Source of the DNA: an uncultured Methanoregulaceae archaeon
GTDB taxonomy: Archaea > Halobacteriota > Methanomicrobia > Methanomicrobiales > Methanospirillaceae
Length of the DNA: 64,000 nt
NCBI GenBank assembly: GCA_963717525.1
Contig: OY970343.1
Location: 960,001-1,024,000 of the forward strand
Reading direction: 5' to 3'
The translations under genes were made by a program, and so were the position numbers. This document shows positions 1 to 10,062 of the stretch, one piece after another. The notes below the pieces were generated by a model, which worked only from the letters and a program-made list of their open reading frames with translations, ran no database searches and was not told the origin of the DNA. The stretch's first letter is position 1, and the number at the start of each line of letters is the position of its first letter.

Positions 1-460
1 CCCAGCGCCGCCGGGCATCCGAGATCCGGATCTTTTTTGGCACGTAATCGAGAATGGCGGCAATGCCGGCAACCCGGGCCGGCAGGATCTCGGCCGCCTT
101 TTGTGCATACCATGCAACAAGGAGCGCCCGGCACTCTGGCAGCCGCCGGTCTCCGATATAGAGCCGGTCTCCCAGCATTATCCCGGCGTCACTTCCTTCC
201 AGCACCTCAAGAGTGCAGGAGTTTCCGAGGAACAAGAATTGTTCACCGGGAACGAAGCGCCGCTCACCGGGAGACGGCCGGTTCTGTGTTTCAGCCATCT
301 TCTTTTCGATCCACGCCCGCTTCTCTTCTACCAGTTTCAGGATCCAGGCTTCCGATGCCCGGAGTGGTGCCCGGACCACAAGTGCAGCATCGGGCGTGAT
401 CTCAAGCGAGATAGTCCTTCGGTGGGAGCGGATGATCCGGGCGGGGCGGAGGCTGGCCAT
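1..460 (-). CDS. YgjP/DUF45 (M48/SprT-like) family metal-dependent hydrolase, 3'-truncated by the window edge
   Basis: Not in the ORF track; translated by hand from ATG at 460: MASLRPARIIRSHRRTISLEITPDAALVVRAP...GEQFLFLG...KIRISDARRRWG, the typical DUF45 N-terminus up to the RWGSC motif. Confidence 0.8.
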   Translation of the reverse strand, partial: MASLRPARIIRSHRRTISLEITPDAALVVRAPLRASEAWILKLVEEKRAWIEKKMAETQNRPSPGERRFVPGEQFLFLGNSCTLEVLEGSDAGIMLGDRLYIGDRRLPECRALLVAWYAQKAAEILPARVAGIAAILDYVPKKIRISDARRRW

Positions 461-619
461 GGATTTAGTTCATTTCTCATGTTTGCCTTCCTGCCAGATG
501 AGGCTTTAGTGTGCCCGGCAGACAGGAAGTGAGGCTCCTTCCGGTTTCAGACTGTACCGCCGGGCACTCCCTCTGCCATGCCATACTTATATTGCATGAT
601 CCCACGAAGATTAGTGCGA

Positions 620-983
620 ATGGCACAGGAGCCGGTATTCAGGTATAAACAGTGCCTCATCGTGCGAAACGACATAAAGATGAGCTGCGGCAAGAAATGC
701 GCACAGGCAGCACATGCTTCCATCGGCGCATTCGAGAGTGCAGACAAGACGTTGCGCAAGGCATGGCAGGTCGAGGGGCAGAAGAAAGTGGTACTCAAAG
801 CGGAGAGCGAGCGCGTGCTTTTTGAGATTAAGGTGATCGCGGAACGCTCCGGGATATCAACGTCGCTCATCCAGGATGCCGGGCATGACCGAGATCCCCC
901 CGGGCACCATCACCGCGCTTGGCCTTGGACCGGGAAAGACCGAAGACCTCGACAAGATCACCGGATCACTCTCGCTCTTATGA
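620..983 (+). CDS. pth2: Peptidyl-tRNA hydrolase Pth2 (+1 frameshift at ~882, probably a sequencing error)
   Basis: [25 protein letters not shown] and GQKKVVLK; removing one G gives [19 protein letters not shown]...[10 protein letters not shown]. Confidence 0.9.
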
Positions 984-2252
984 TGGAGAGCCCGTATGCG
1001 CTCGAACGCGAGCTCGGGATGCAGTATTATTCCACCGATACCCCCGGGCATAGGGGGAACGCTCCGCACGGTGCCGGAAGATTTTATCGTCGATGAGATC
1101 CCGCTCGACAGAAAGGGCGGTGCGTCCGGCCCGTACCTGATCTGCCGACTCACGAAATCCAACTGGGAACTCCAGCACGCGGTAAAAGAGATCGCACGCC
1201 GGCTCAACATCAGCCACCGGCGCATCGGCTGGGCAGGGACCAAGGACCGGAATGCCCGGACCACGCAGCTCATCTCGCTCTACAAGGTGACACCGGAAGA
1301 GATCGCCAGGCTCCATATCAAAGATATCTCCCTTGAAGTTATCGGGCAATCAAACGAGCAGCTCTCGCTTGGCGATCTCGGGGGTAACCGGTTTGAGATC
1401 TGCATCCGGGATGCGGACCCGGAGGAACTGGCCGGCCGGGTTGCTGCCGTTACCAAGACCACGGCACAGGCCCTGCCCAACTATTTCGGGCTCCAGCGCT
1501 TCGGCGTCATCCGCCCCCTGACGCACCGGGTCGGGGAACTGATCCTGCGCGGCGAGTACGAGCAGGCAGTGGCAGTGTACGTGGGCCAGGCATTCCCCCT
1601 CGAAAGAGAGGAAATTCGTAACGCAAGGACCACATTCCGGGAGACCCGGGACGCGGCTGTCGCCCTCCGCGAACTCCCCGTGCAGATGTCCTTTGAACGC
1701 TCGATGCTCTCGTACCTCCAGGCCCGGCCGGGCGATTATGCCGGGGCGCTCCGGCAGCTGCCGCCCAAGCTCCTTTCCATGTTTGTCTCTGCGTTCCAGT
1801 CGTACCTTTTCAATTATGCTCTCTCCCACCGGCTTGCTGCAGGCAATACCCTCGCCGATCCGGTCCCGGGTGACCGGCTGATCTTTGCGAACGGGCGTAC
1901 TGACATGGCGACCGCAGCAAACCTTGCGGCGGTTACTCTCCACCTTGCCCGGGGCCGGTGTTCGATTGCGCTTTTCATGCCGGGCAGGGACGAACCGGGC
2001 GCTCCCGCCGGGGATGAGGCCACGCGGTCAATGCTCGCCGACCTGCGGATCACTCCCGACGATTTCCGCAAGGCTTCGGTCTTTGTCCAGACAAAGTTTG
2101 ATGGGGCGTGGCGCCCGATCGCCCTCAGGACCACGGTCGATGCATCCGTCCAGGATACAGGTGTCAGTCTCAGGTTCACCCTGCCCCCGGGCCATTATGC
2201 GACCACCGTATGCCGGGAATACATGAAGGCTGACCCGATAAAGATGGTCTGA
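980..2252 (+). CDS. truD: tRNA pseudouridine(13) synthase TruD (+1 frameshift at ~1043)
   Basis: [55 protein letters not shown]; start overlaps the pth2 stop (ATGA). Confidence 0.92.
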
Positions 2253-2384
2253 TAACTTTTTTTATCCCGAAAAGGACACGTTTTCAATGAATTATTTTTA
2301 AGCCGGGTATCGGGAGATGTGCACACACCCCGTGCATGAAAAGAGAGGATGGTGGTAGCATCCTGCCCCGAAAGATCGGCCGGT

Positions 2385-3221
2385 CTAAATATTCAGGGAG
2401 ATGGGGAAGGGCTGGTGCGATTGTTGCTGTGCGTTTGCCAGTGCCTGTGCGCCCTCAATCGCATCGTTGAGGTTCCCCAGCCGGTCGACAAGGTTGATCT
2501 TCAGCGCATCAGCGCCCCGGAATACCCGGCCATCCGCGATATCCGAGCGCGCAATCGTCCGCTGGGTCGTCACATCCGTGATGAACTCATCGAAGCTCTC
2601 GTTGACGATCTGCTGGGCGTAGGCCTCTTCAGCAGGAGAAAGCGCACGGGATGTCGACCCCATGTCCTTGAATGCCCCTGATTTGACGACGGTGACGTTG
2701 TAGCCCTCCTGGTTCATCCAGCCGCTGACATCGGAGAACGTCCAGATGACGCCTATCGCCCCGGTCAGCGTATCGGGATCCGCATAGATCAGGTTGGCAT
2801 GGGCACTTACGTAGTACGCGGCTGAGGTGGCCATGTCCCCCATGGAGACCACGACTGGTTTCTTTGTCTTGGCGTACTCCATGTCGCTGATGATCTCCTC
2901 TGCCGCCGCCGGCGACCCCCCCGGACTGTCCACGCGGAGCACGATGGCAGAGACCGTCGGGTCATCGGCAGCCTCGCGGAGCTGGTTACCCACGTATTCG
3001 CTCCCGATACTGTCATCGGTCGAGAAATCGCCGGTCGAGAGCGTGCCTTCCATCCGGATGACCCTGACACTGGAATGCCCGTTTCCCGCGATAAAGTACA
3101 CAGCAACAAAAATCCCGATCACAATGAACAGACCGGCGATGATGATCAACAGCCATTTCAGGCCGGCCCGTGGTGCCGGGGCCGGTGAAATCGTTGCAGG
3201 ATAGATATCAGGAATTTCCAT
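2385..3221 (-). CDS. sppA: Signal peptide peptidase SppA (S49)
   Basis: N-terminal TM; VDSPGGS, KPVVVSMGDMATSAAYY, TGAIGV, KSGAFKD. Confidence 0.9.
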   Translation of the reverse strand: MEIPDIYPATISPAPAPRAGLKWLLIIIAGLFIVIGIFVAVYFIAGNGHSSVRVIRMEGTLSTGDFSTDDSIGSEYVGNQLREAADDPTVSAIVLRVDSPGGSPAAAEEIISDMEYAKTKKPVVVSMGDMATSAAYYVSAHANLIYADPDTLTGAIGVIWTFSDVSGWMNQEGYNVTVVKSGAFKDMGSTSRALSPAEEAYAQQIVNESFDEFITDVTTQRTIARSDIADGRVFRGADALKINLVDRLGNLNDAIEGAQALANAQQQSHQPFPISLNI

Positions 3222-3235
3222 AAAGGTGAGCTCTT

Positions 3236-3916
3236 TCAGGAGTACAGCACGTCAAACTCGGAAACGAGATTGCTGCCGCACATGTAATATTTCTTGAGAT
3301 TTAACCGGATCATCTCGTCTTCGGTATTGATATGCATTCCGCCGACAAGGGATGGCGTATCCGATCCGCCGACAATGAACGGGAGATGGATGAGCCTTAT
3401 TTCATCGACAAGCTTCTCGTGGAGCATATGCCAGTTGAGGGTCGGACCCCCTTCTATCATCAGCTTCTTGATCCCGAAGTCGTCGTGCAGGATCTGCATA
3501 AGGACCTGGAGATCCACATGGTCTTTTCCTGCGGCGATCACGGTCACGCCCTTTGCCCGGATCGCTGCGACCCGGTCCCCTGGGGCCCGTTCCGATACCG
3601 CAATAAGCGTCGGTGCATCGGGCCCGAGCACGTTTGAATCGAGGGGGATGTCGGCCATGCTGCACGGAATGACGCGGAGCGGGCTTTTGCCGGGGATAAG
3701 CCGAACCGTTAAATAGGAATTGTCGATCCGTATGGTATTTGCGCCAACCATGATCGCATCGTAGGCAGCCCGGGTCTCATGGAGCAGGATCTCGGTCTCG
3801 TGCGCCATGTATTTCATCAGGATCTTGCTGGAGGCACCTTTTTTCAAGGTGAGCTTGCCGTCAGCGGTGATCTCGGACATCATCAACACGTGAGGGCGGT
3901 GCGTTGCTGCTGCCAT
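3236..3916 (-). CDS. RibD C-terminal-domain reductase (2,5-diamino-6-ribosylamino-4(3H)-pyrimidinone 5'-phosphate reductase family)
   Basis: TADGKL, DAIMVGANTIRIDN, LMIEGGPTLN, LVDEIRL; start placed at MAAATHRPHV. Confidence 0.85.
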   Translation of the reverse strand: MAAATHRPHVLMMSEITADGKLTLKKGASSKILMKYMAHETEILLHETRAAYDAIMVGANTIRIDNSYLTVRLIPGKSPLRVIPCSMADIPLDSNVLGPDAPTLIAVSERAPGDRVAAIRAKGVTVIAAGKDHVDLQVLMQILHDDFGIKKLMIEGGPTLNWHMLHEKLVDEIRLIHLPFIVGGSDTPSLVGGMHINTEDEMIRLNLKKYYMCGSNLVSEFDVLYS

Positions 3917-4061
3917 TGCAATCAACTCTCTTGTTTCATTGGACGCGGTACATAAATAATATGGTGGATTCCCTTTTAGAGAGTAAATACCCCGGTTAAT
4001 GCTGCCATTCACCGGAATCATCCCGTAACTATTAATGGTTCGTGTACCCATGATGTGAGCT

Positions 4062-4694
4062 ATGAACATTACCGCTCTCCGCCCCCGGTTCAAGCAGTAC
4101 CTGGAGCCGGTTGCCGGGGTTTTTGTCCGGTGCGGTATCACGCCAAACCAGTGTTCGTTCCTTGCCCTCGTCGCCGGGATCGCCGCAGCGGTGCTCTTTA
4201 TGGAACGCTGGTTCCTTGTCGGGAGCCTGCTGTTGCTCCTCTCCGCGCTCTTCGATCTGGTCGACGGCAGTATCGCACGGCGTACCAACTCCCACACCAA
4301 CTTCGGTGCGGTCTTTGACTGGATCGTCGACAAATACGTGGATGCACTGGTGCTCCTGGGTGTCGGCCTCTCCGGGATCGCAATCGTAAGCGGTGTCCTG
4401 CCGGTCTCCCGGACTGCAGATCTTGCCGTTATCGGCCTTGCGATCACCGGTTCGCTGATGAACACGTTCATCAAGCCGGTCGTCTACGCTGAGATCGGGT
4501 ACCGGGAGAAAGTCGAAGGCAAGATCGACGACCCGCTGGAGGGTGTCGGGTTCTTTGGCCGGCCCGAGACGTTCCTTGTGCTGATACTCGGGGGCCTCAC
4601 CGGGTTTATCTGGATCTCGGTCATTATCATCGCGGTCTGCACGAACCTGTCGGCTATCCAGCGGATTGTGTACCTGTACCGGACCCTGTCCTGA
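4062..4694 (+). CDS. CDP-alcohol phosphatidyltransferase family protein
   Basis: ITPN...DLVDGSIARR...FGAVFDWIVDKYVD signature; hydrophobic. Confidence 0.9.
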   Translation: MNITALRPRFKQYLEPVAGVFVRCGITPNQCSFLALVAGIAAAVLFMERWFLVGSLLLLLSALFDLVDGSIARRTNSHTNFGAVFDWIVDKYVDALVLLGVGLSGIAIVSGVLPVSRTADLAVIGLAITGSLMNTFIKPVVYAEIGYREKVEGKIDDPLEGVGFFGRPETFLVLILGGLTGFIWISVIIIAVCTNLSAIQRIVYLYRTLS

Positions 4695-4962
4695 ATGAGG
4701 GCCAGCGGTTCACCGGTGTTTTTTCACGAGTGAACTCCCCTCGATCACTCGGCCACTCGTTCCGGTCTTCCCGGAAGTTCCTCCCTTTTTCCCGGTATGC
4801 TCACGGCATCACCGCCGATGTGATAGTCACTACCGAAAGCAAGCGATTTGAGTCAATAAAACCGGAGCAGCGAGAAGAGGGGCTGGTGCAGGGACAATCC
4901 AGAACAGATTATCCGGAAAGAATGAGAGAGATAGGAAAAAAATCGGAACAGGCTTGCGTACG

Positions 4963-5868
4963 CTATGTCCGCGGGAGTTCGGGCTCATCATGCCCGGGCT
5001 CCGGGTCAAGTGCAACTGCAGGTGCCGTCAATGGTGCGGGCTTCTGTGGCCCCTTCCCCCGGATCCGGTCAAAATCGCGGACGATCTCCCCATAATACAA
5101 CTGGTACAGATCATCGGCAAAGGAGCCGAGCTGGGGTATGAGGACAAAGAGGCCGTACGCGATCAGGATCAGGGCGACGAGCGCGAGCAGCTCCGCGATC
5201 ACATTGTGCGCCCAGAAGAAGCTCTCGTACCCGAACTCGCCGTTCCCAGCTATATCGGACCAGTACGGGAACCACTGTCCGGTATATGCCATAATCACAA
5301 AGACATTCCGGAACAGGTTGAGGATGTAGATGGTCGGTGCGACAAGGATAAACGCAAAGACCTTCTGCCTGAACGTGGTCGGCACAGCGGCGGCGACGCC
5401 GAGCATGATCGCGATGCTCTGCATGCCGGTGCAGGCAAGGATGATCTCGACCCGGAAACCGTTCTGGGCGATGATGTTCCATGTATCAAGGCTGACCGGG
5501 TAGTTGAGGAGCTGGAGCAGCCAGACAATCTCACTCACCACATTCGAAATAAGCCAGGTGCCGGCCGCGGGAAGGTATGCGAACGGTGCATAGATCAGGA
5601 ACGCAACGGCTGCAGCCCGGGAAAGGTGCAGGACACGGGTGTCATTCGAGAGCAGGTATTTTACCGTGATAAACAGGAACGGGACCGAGAGTACCGCCAT
5701 GAGGGGGTACAGGAAATTATTCTCGGAAAAGTACTCCGGCAGCGCAGCAAACAGGAAGACAACGATAAAGATCCAGCCAACGATCGCTGCATAGCTCCGG
5801 TGGCGACCGGGTATCAGGGATGCCAGAAATCCGATACAGGAAATCAGGACAAGATACTCGATCATCAT
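4963..5868 (-). CDS. artA: Archaeosortase A
   Basis: Polytopic membrane protein with ILACTG (catalytic Cys), LNLFRN and FFWAHN motifs. Confidence 0.88.
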   Translation of the reverse strand: MMIEYLVLISCIGFLASLIPGRHRSYAAIVGWIFIVVFLFAALPEYFSENNFLYPLMAVLSVPFLFITVKYLLSNDTRVLHLSRAAAVAFLIYAPFAYLPAAGTWLISNVVSEIVWLLQLLNYPVSLDTWNIIAQNGFRVEIILACTGMQSIAIMLGVAAAVPTTFRQKVFAFILVAPTIYILNLFRNVFVIMAYTGQWFPYWSDIAGNGEFGYESFFWAHNVIAELLALVALILIAYGLFVLIPQLGSFADDLYQLYYGEIVRDFDRIRGKGPQKPAPLTAPAVALDPEPGHDEPELPRT

Positions 5869-6035
5869 ACATTTATCTGCGTTTAATCAAAAAAAGGATT
5901 CTCCCATGACATACCATCCTGCAGGAGGTAAACAGGCACCGGGCCCTCTTTTCCATGGAGGGAAAAACAACAGTCGCGCAGACAGGGGTCGGCATAATCA
6001 CCTTAATCTTGTATCATGACCTATACTGGAATCCG

Positions 6036-6350
6036 ATGTTTTGCCCGGAATGTAAAACGATGTTAACCTCATCTGCCGGCCAGCTTAAATGCCGCAAGTG
6101 TGGGTATATCAGGAAGATTGCATCCACCGAACATATGACCCGCAAGAAGGAGCGCACGGAAAACGAGATCACCATCGTTGACGACGAGGACGACCAGGTA
6201 AAAACGATGCCTACGATCCAGATCAAGTGCCCCAAGTGCGAGAACAACCTCGCCATCTGGTGGCTCCGCCAGCTCCGGGCTGCTGATGAGAGCGAGGTGC
6301 GTTTCTTCCGGTGCACCGAGTGCGGTCACACATGGCGGCAGTACGATTAA
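6036..6350 (+). CDS. tfs: Transcription factor S (TFS/RpoM-like)
   Basis: MFCPEC...CRKC and CPKC...QLRAADESEVRFFRCTEC: two Zn ribbons with the acidic DE hairpin. Confidence 0.92.
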   Translation: MFCPECKTMLTSSAGQLKCRKCGYIRKIASTEHMTRKKERTENEITIVDDEDDQVKTMPTIQIKCPKCENNLAIWWLRQLRAADESEVRFFRCTECGHTWRQYD

Positions 6351-6468
6351 GAGCGTGTCATACTTATATACTATAAACATATCAAAATACAAATAATAGA
6401 CAAATAAGCAAAAAACACCAATTCAGTTACAAAAATTTTTATTATATTAAAAAGGACTGACTTAACTT

Positions 6469-6651
6469 ATGCCAGATGCAACCTTACAAAACGATATTGA
6501 GGCTATTATAAGAAAAGCTCGATCTCAACCCGGGATTTCCGAACTGATGAAAGCCTATCGGGATTATGACGAGGTTATAGGGCAGACTCAGGTATATTCT
6601 AGTACACAAATCAAAGAACCATATTTTATTTTAAGTAATCAGACCTCGTGA
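6469..6651 (+). CDS. Small hypothetical protein (60 aa) immediately upstream of the protease
   Basis: ATG ORF in an AT-rich insert, stop 4 nt before the next ATG. Confidence 0.6.
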   Translation: MPDATLQNDIEAIIRKARSQPGISELMKAYRDYDEVIGQTQVYSSTQIKEPYFILSNQTS

Positions 6652-6655
6652 TAAT

Positions 6656-7648
6656 ATGCCAACTTGGAGTGAGATTTTAATAGAGCTCAACCAAGGACGC
6701 GCACAACATCAAAACAATGTTTTTGATGTTGTTCGAAGAAAATACCTTGTTCAACTTTCTGCTCATACTGGACGGAATTGTATTTTGTATGCGACCAACT
6801 GGATACAGCCAGGTAAAGATCCATGGGGTGTGTCAATTAATGACGAGGATATTCAAGGACTCATGGAAGTTATCTATGGATTGAATGGTGGAAATCTAGA
6901 TCTTATTTTGCATAGTCCTGGCGGATCACCAGAAGCGGCAGCTGCGATTGTATCATATCTTCGCTCAAAGTTTTCCGATATTCGGGTAATTATCCCACAT
7001 GAAGCTATGTCTGCAGCGACGATGATTAGTTGTGCATCCAATAAAATCATTATGGGAGGGCATTCTTTTATCGGGCCAATCGATCCGCAGTTCATCATGC
7101 CGAATCAATTTGGTACGATGGCTATTCCTGCCCAAGCAATACTCGACCAGTTCGAGAAGGCACAAGAGGAATGCAAAGATCCAAAGAAGATGGGCGCATG
7201 GTTACCGATCCTAAGTCAGTATGGCCCTGCCCTTCTAGTCCAGAGCCAGAATGCAATCGATTTATCGAAAAAATATGTGAAAGAATGGCTCGAACAGTAT
7301 ATGTTTTCCAGTGGCGTTGGAGATGCTCAGGCCACTGCCAATTCACTTTCTGACCATGCACGATTTAAGAGTCATGGTCATCATATCAGCAGGGATGAGG
7401 CCCGATCGTTCGGTTTGATTGTCGAGGATTTGGAATCCGATCAAATACTTCAGGATCTGGTATTGTCTGTCTATCATGCAACGACCCATACATTCAACGC
7501 TACATCTGCAATAAAAATCATTGAGAACCAAAATGGTCGTGCTTTTGTAAGAATTCAGGCAGTATTACAGCCCCAAATTATCCAGCAACTCCCCCCACAA
7601 CAACCTGTGGTTCCTGCTCCACAGCAACCTGCACCTCCTCCTCCGTAA
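6656..7648 (+). CDS. ClpP-like serine protease, SDH_sah/S49 family
   Basis: LDLILHSPGG, AMSAATMI (nucleophile Ser), IGPIDPQ, SHGHHI; Pro/Gln-rich tail. Confidence 0.85.
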   Translation: MPTWSEILIELNQGRAQHQNNVFDVVRRKYLVQLSAHTGRNCILYATNWIQPGKDPWGVSINDEDIQGLMEVIYGLNGGNLDLILHSPGGSPEAAAAIVSYLRSKFSDIRVIIPHEAMSAATMISCASNKIIMGGHSFIGPIDPQFIMPNQFGTMAIPAQAILDQFEKAQEECKDPKKMGAWLPILSQYGPALLVQSQNAIDLSKKYVKEWLEQYMFSSGVGDAQATANSLSDHARFKSHGHHISRDEARSFGLIVEDLESDQILQDLVLSVYHATTHTFNATSAIKIIENQNGRAFVRIQAVLQPQIIQQLPPQQPVVPAPQQPAPPPP

Positions 7649-7820
7649 TAATTTACTTTCGGAAATGCGAATGATTGAGGCATGGATCACGTCACGCTCT
7701 AGCTCGATTTCTGCTCTCAGGAACAGCAAATGCTTGAAGTTTCATCACTGAGGAAATATGCGATTAGGGATAAACACGAGATTGAAAAACTATTTCGTTT
7801 GGTTTGATAATTACTTCACT

Positions 7821-8336
7821 ATGAAATACTGCTCCGAATGTGGCAAACCATTGGCGAGCGAAACCGCAAACTTTTGTGAAAACTGTGGTGCAAAAGTAAA
7901 CAATACAACCCCCCCACCTCAGCCAACAGTGGTTATAATACCAGAAGAGAAAAATCCTGTTTTGGCAGCAGTTTGTTCACTACTTGTTCCGGGATTCGGG
8001 CAAGTTTATGATGGAAAGATGGCGAGAGGATTTGCTATCTTTTTTGGAACGGTAATCGGTCTTATTTGTTTAATTGTACCAGGAGTTATTATCTGGCTTT
8101 TCGGGGTATACGATGCATATTCCATTGCCAAAAAGATGAACAACAAAGAGATCCCTTTCCTTCCCACAAAAACAGCCCATCTAATAATCTATATCGTTTT
8201 AGTAGTGATCATTTCCGTGATTGTCTTTGCCATTTTGGCATTAATTGCTCTAGCATCAATAGCTTCACATGTAACCCCACTAACTCCTTCAGCAATTCCA
8301 ACTATAACATTTCCAACCGTCGCGTCTCCTTTCTAA
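7821..8336 (+). CDS. Zinc-ribbon plus TM2-like membrane protein
   Basis: MKYCSECG...FCENCG, then KNPVLAAVCSLLVPGFGQVY and TM segments. Confidence 0.8.
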   Translation: MKYCSECGKPLASETANFCENCGAKVNNTTPPPQPTVVIIPEEKNPVLAAVCSLLVPGFGQVYDGKMARGFAIFFGTVIGLICLIVPGVIIWLFGVYDAYSIAKKMNNKEIPFLPTKTAHLIIYIVLVVIISVIVFAILALIALASIASHVTPLTPSAIPTITFPTVASPF

Positions 8337-8410
8337 TATAATCATAATTTCCCTTTTTGCAAAACGCAAAATTTTGCAAAAATATTAAATCCTCATTACT
8401 AGGGACGATG

Positions 8411-8559
8411 ATTGCGATGCCTCCCCGCATCAGGGCCCCTCCGGGGCACGGCGGGGCTAGGGGGCGTCCGGGATTTCTCCCTGATCTATGGCGAGGGTGC
8501 CCCATCGGGGGCGGTGGCTCTCTTCCCTCATTGGGGGAAGAAAGTGACATCCCCGATCT
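8411..8559. repeat. Paired-hairpin dispersed repeat, copy 1
   Basis: CGATGCCTCCCCGC..CAGGGCCCCT..CGGGGCACGGCGGGG plus GCCCC.TCGGGGGCGG, shared with 8923, 16491 and 23624. Confidence 0.8.
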
Positions 8560-8922
8560 CCCTGATCCGGGCTACGCTCATCCGGGTCCGAATTGAGCCC
8601 GGATTCATCCATTCAGGATCCAATCGGAGCCCGAATCGGGCTTCTTTTAAAAATAAGCCCGAATATGCCTTATTTTTGCAATCGGAGGAATTAAAACGTT
8701 CACGTAAACGCGTTTTACTGGCCGATCTCATGCCAAACGGGTATTTGATCGATACCGGAAAAAGAGGCCGAAAAAGGGCGGCCATGGCCCGATTATGGGC
8801 ATTATATGGGGCGCAAATTGGGCTTATTTTTACCAACAGGGCAATATAATGCGTCTGATTCTTTTCATGTGAAATCGGACGGTTATACGGGCGTATTTTT
8901 GGGAGAATCCTGAAAGGATCAC

Positions 8923-9089
8923 ATTGCGATTCCTCCCCCTCCTCGCTACGCCCGGAGTCGCCCGGGCCCCACGCGGGGCACGGCAGAGGGAGTGGGCGGT
9001 TTTATCTTCTCTGATCCGCCGCGCGGGCTTCCTGCCGGGGGCGGCGGCTCTCCTCGCTCGTGGGGGAAGGGGGGTGACAGCCCCCATCT
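8923..9089. repeat. Paired-hairpin dispersed repeat, copy 2
   Basis: Shares ATTGCGAT.CCTCCCC, GGGCCCC.CGCGGGGCACGGC, GGGGGCGG.GGCTCTC, GGGGGAAG and GTGACA.CCCC.ATCT with copy 1. Confidence 0.75.
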
Positions 9090-9111
9090 GTTGAAAAAGT
9101 TCAGGTAGCGA

Positions 9112-9476
9112 GCTGATAATTCCGGAAAATGTGCGGCTCAGCAGGCTGAGAATTTTAAAAAATGTTCAGGTTCCAAGCTGAGAATTCCGGAAAAACAACG
9201 ACACAGCAAGCTGAAAATAAAAAAAAAGACCGGCCACGGTCCGGCACGACTCACTGATAATCATCAATATCTTCCGTCGGAACCGGTCTGAATTCCGGCT
9301 TCGTATAGAAAAAAGATCGATTCAGCGGCTGATAATTTTGAAAAAAGTGCGGGTTGCGGGCTGATGATTTTAAAAAAAGTTTGATCACGCAGCTGAAGAT
9401 TCCGGAAAATATGCGACTCAGTAGTTGGGAATTTCAAAAAAAGATCGGGTCACGAGCTGAAAATTCCGGAAAAAAG
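9112..9476. repeat. Degenerate tandem array with a 32-33 bp period, core GCTGANAATT(CCGG/TT)AAAA
   Basis: Units start at 9112, 9145, 9177, 9210 and at 9328, 9360, 9392, 9424, 9456. Confidence 0.85.
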
Positions 9477-9541
9477 CCGGCCCGGTCGTTCTGCCTTATC
9501 CCTTCACATTCAGTTTCCCGGGACTGATTGTTAGAAGTGCG

Positions 9542-9916
9542 TTATTCCCTCCTCAACGCCATCTCGACGGCGACCCTGAGCTGGCGATCATCGAACGGCT
9601 TGAGAAGGAACCCGTCCGGGACGGTCTTCCGTGCCTGTTCAAGGACCTTCATGTCGTCATGTCCTGTCATGTAAACAAACGGGATGTCGGTATTTGCAAG
9701 AAGGTAATCACCGATAGCGAGCCCGTCATACCTTCCCTGAAGTTCGATGTCGAGGAGGGCAAGATCGGGTCTGCTTGTCTGGATCGCTGCCATTGCCGTC
9801 CCGGCATTATCCGCATGCCCGCAGACAGAGTATCCCAGCTTCTTCAATCGTATGTCCAGGAGGTCTGCCAGTTGTGGGTCGTCCTCGATATAAAAGATCT
9901 TCAACGGGTTCTTCAT
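9542..9916 (-). CDS. Stand-alone response regulator receiver protein
   Basis: IEDD, PDLALLDI, DG, IPFVYMTG, FLLKPF. Confidence 0.9.
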   Translation of the reverse strand: MKNPLKIFYIEDDPQLADLLDIRLKKLGYSVCGHADNAGTAMAAIQTSRPDLALLDIELQGRYDGLAIGDYLLANTDIPFVYMTGHDDMKVLEQARKTVPDGFLLKPFDDRQLRVAVEMALRRE

Positions 9917-10062
9917 ATCCTGTCTCGAAAATAAGATGCGTTAGTATAAAATGTTTGTTTATGATGAAAACGGAGACCTATTGAGAAACGGAGCGATCCA
10001 AGACCCCGGATCGGGCCTGGCGGATCCTCCGGAAAATAGCTGAATGAAAAAAGGGAAAGATA

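Noticed and set aside
509..568. Hairpin GTGCCCGGC...GCCGGGCAC between divergent genes as an ncRNA or tRNA
   Set aside because: No tRNA cloverleaf or known motif; a single GC-rich stem is insufficient evidence
880..1050. Programmed frameshifting in pth2/truD
   Set aside because: No slippery heptamer or stimulatory structure seen; same error signature as elsewhere
8302..9087. Short ORFs in the 8.3-9.1 kb region
   Set aside because: They overlap repeats and give low-complexity G/P/R translations with no motifs
9112..9476. CRISPR array
   Set aside because: The period is only 32-33 bp, repeats are degenerate, spacers are ~13 nt and there is no cas operon; kept as a non-CRISPR array
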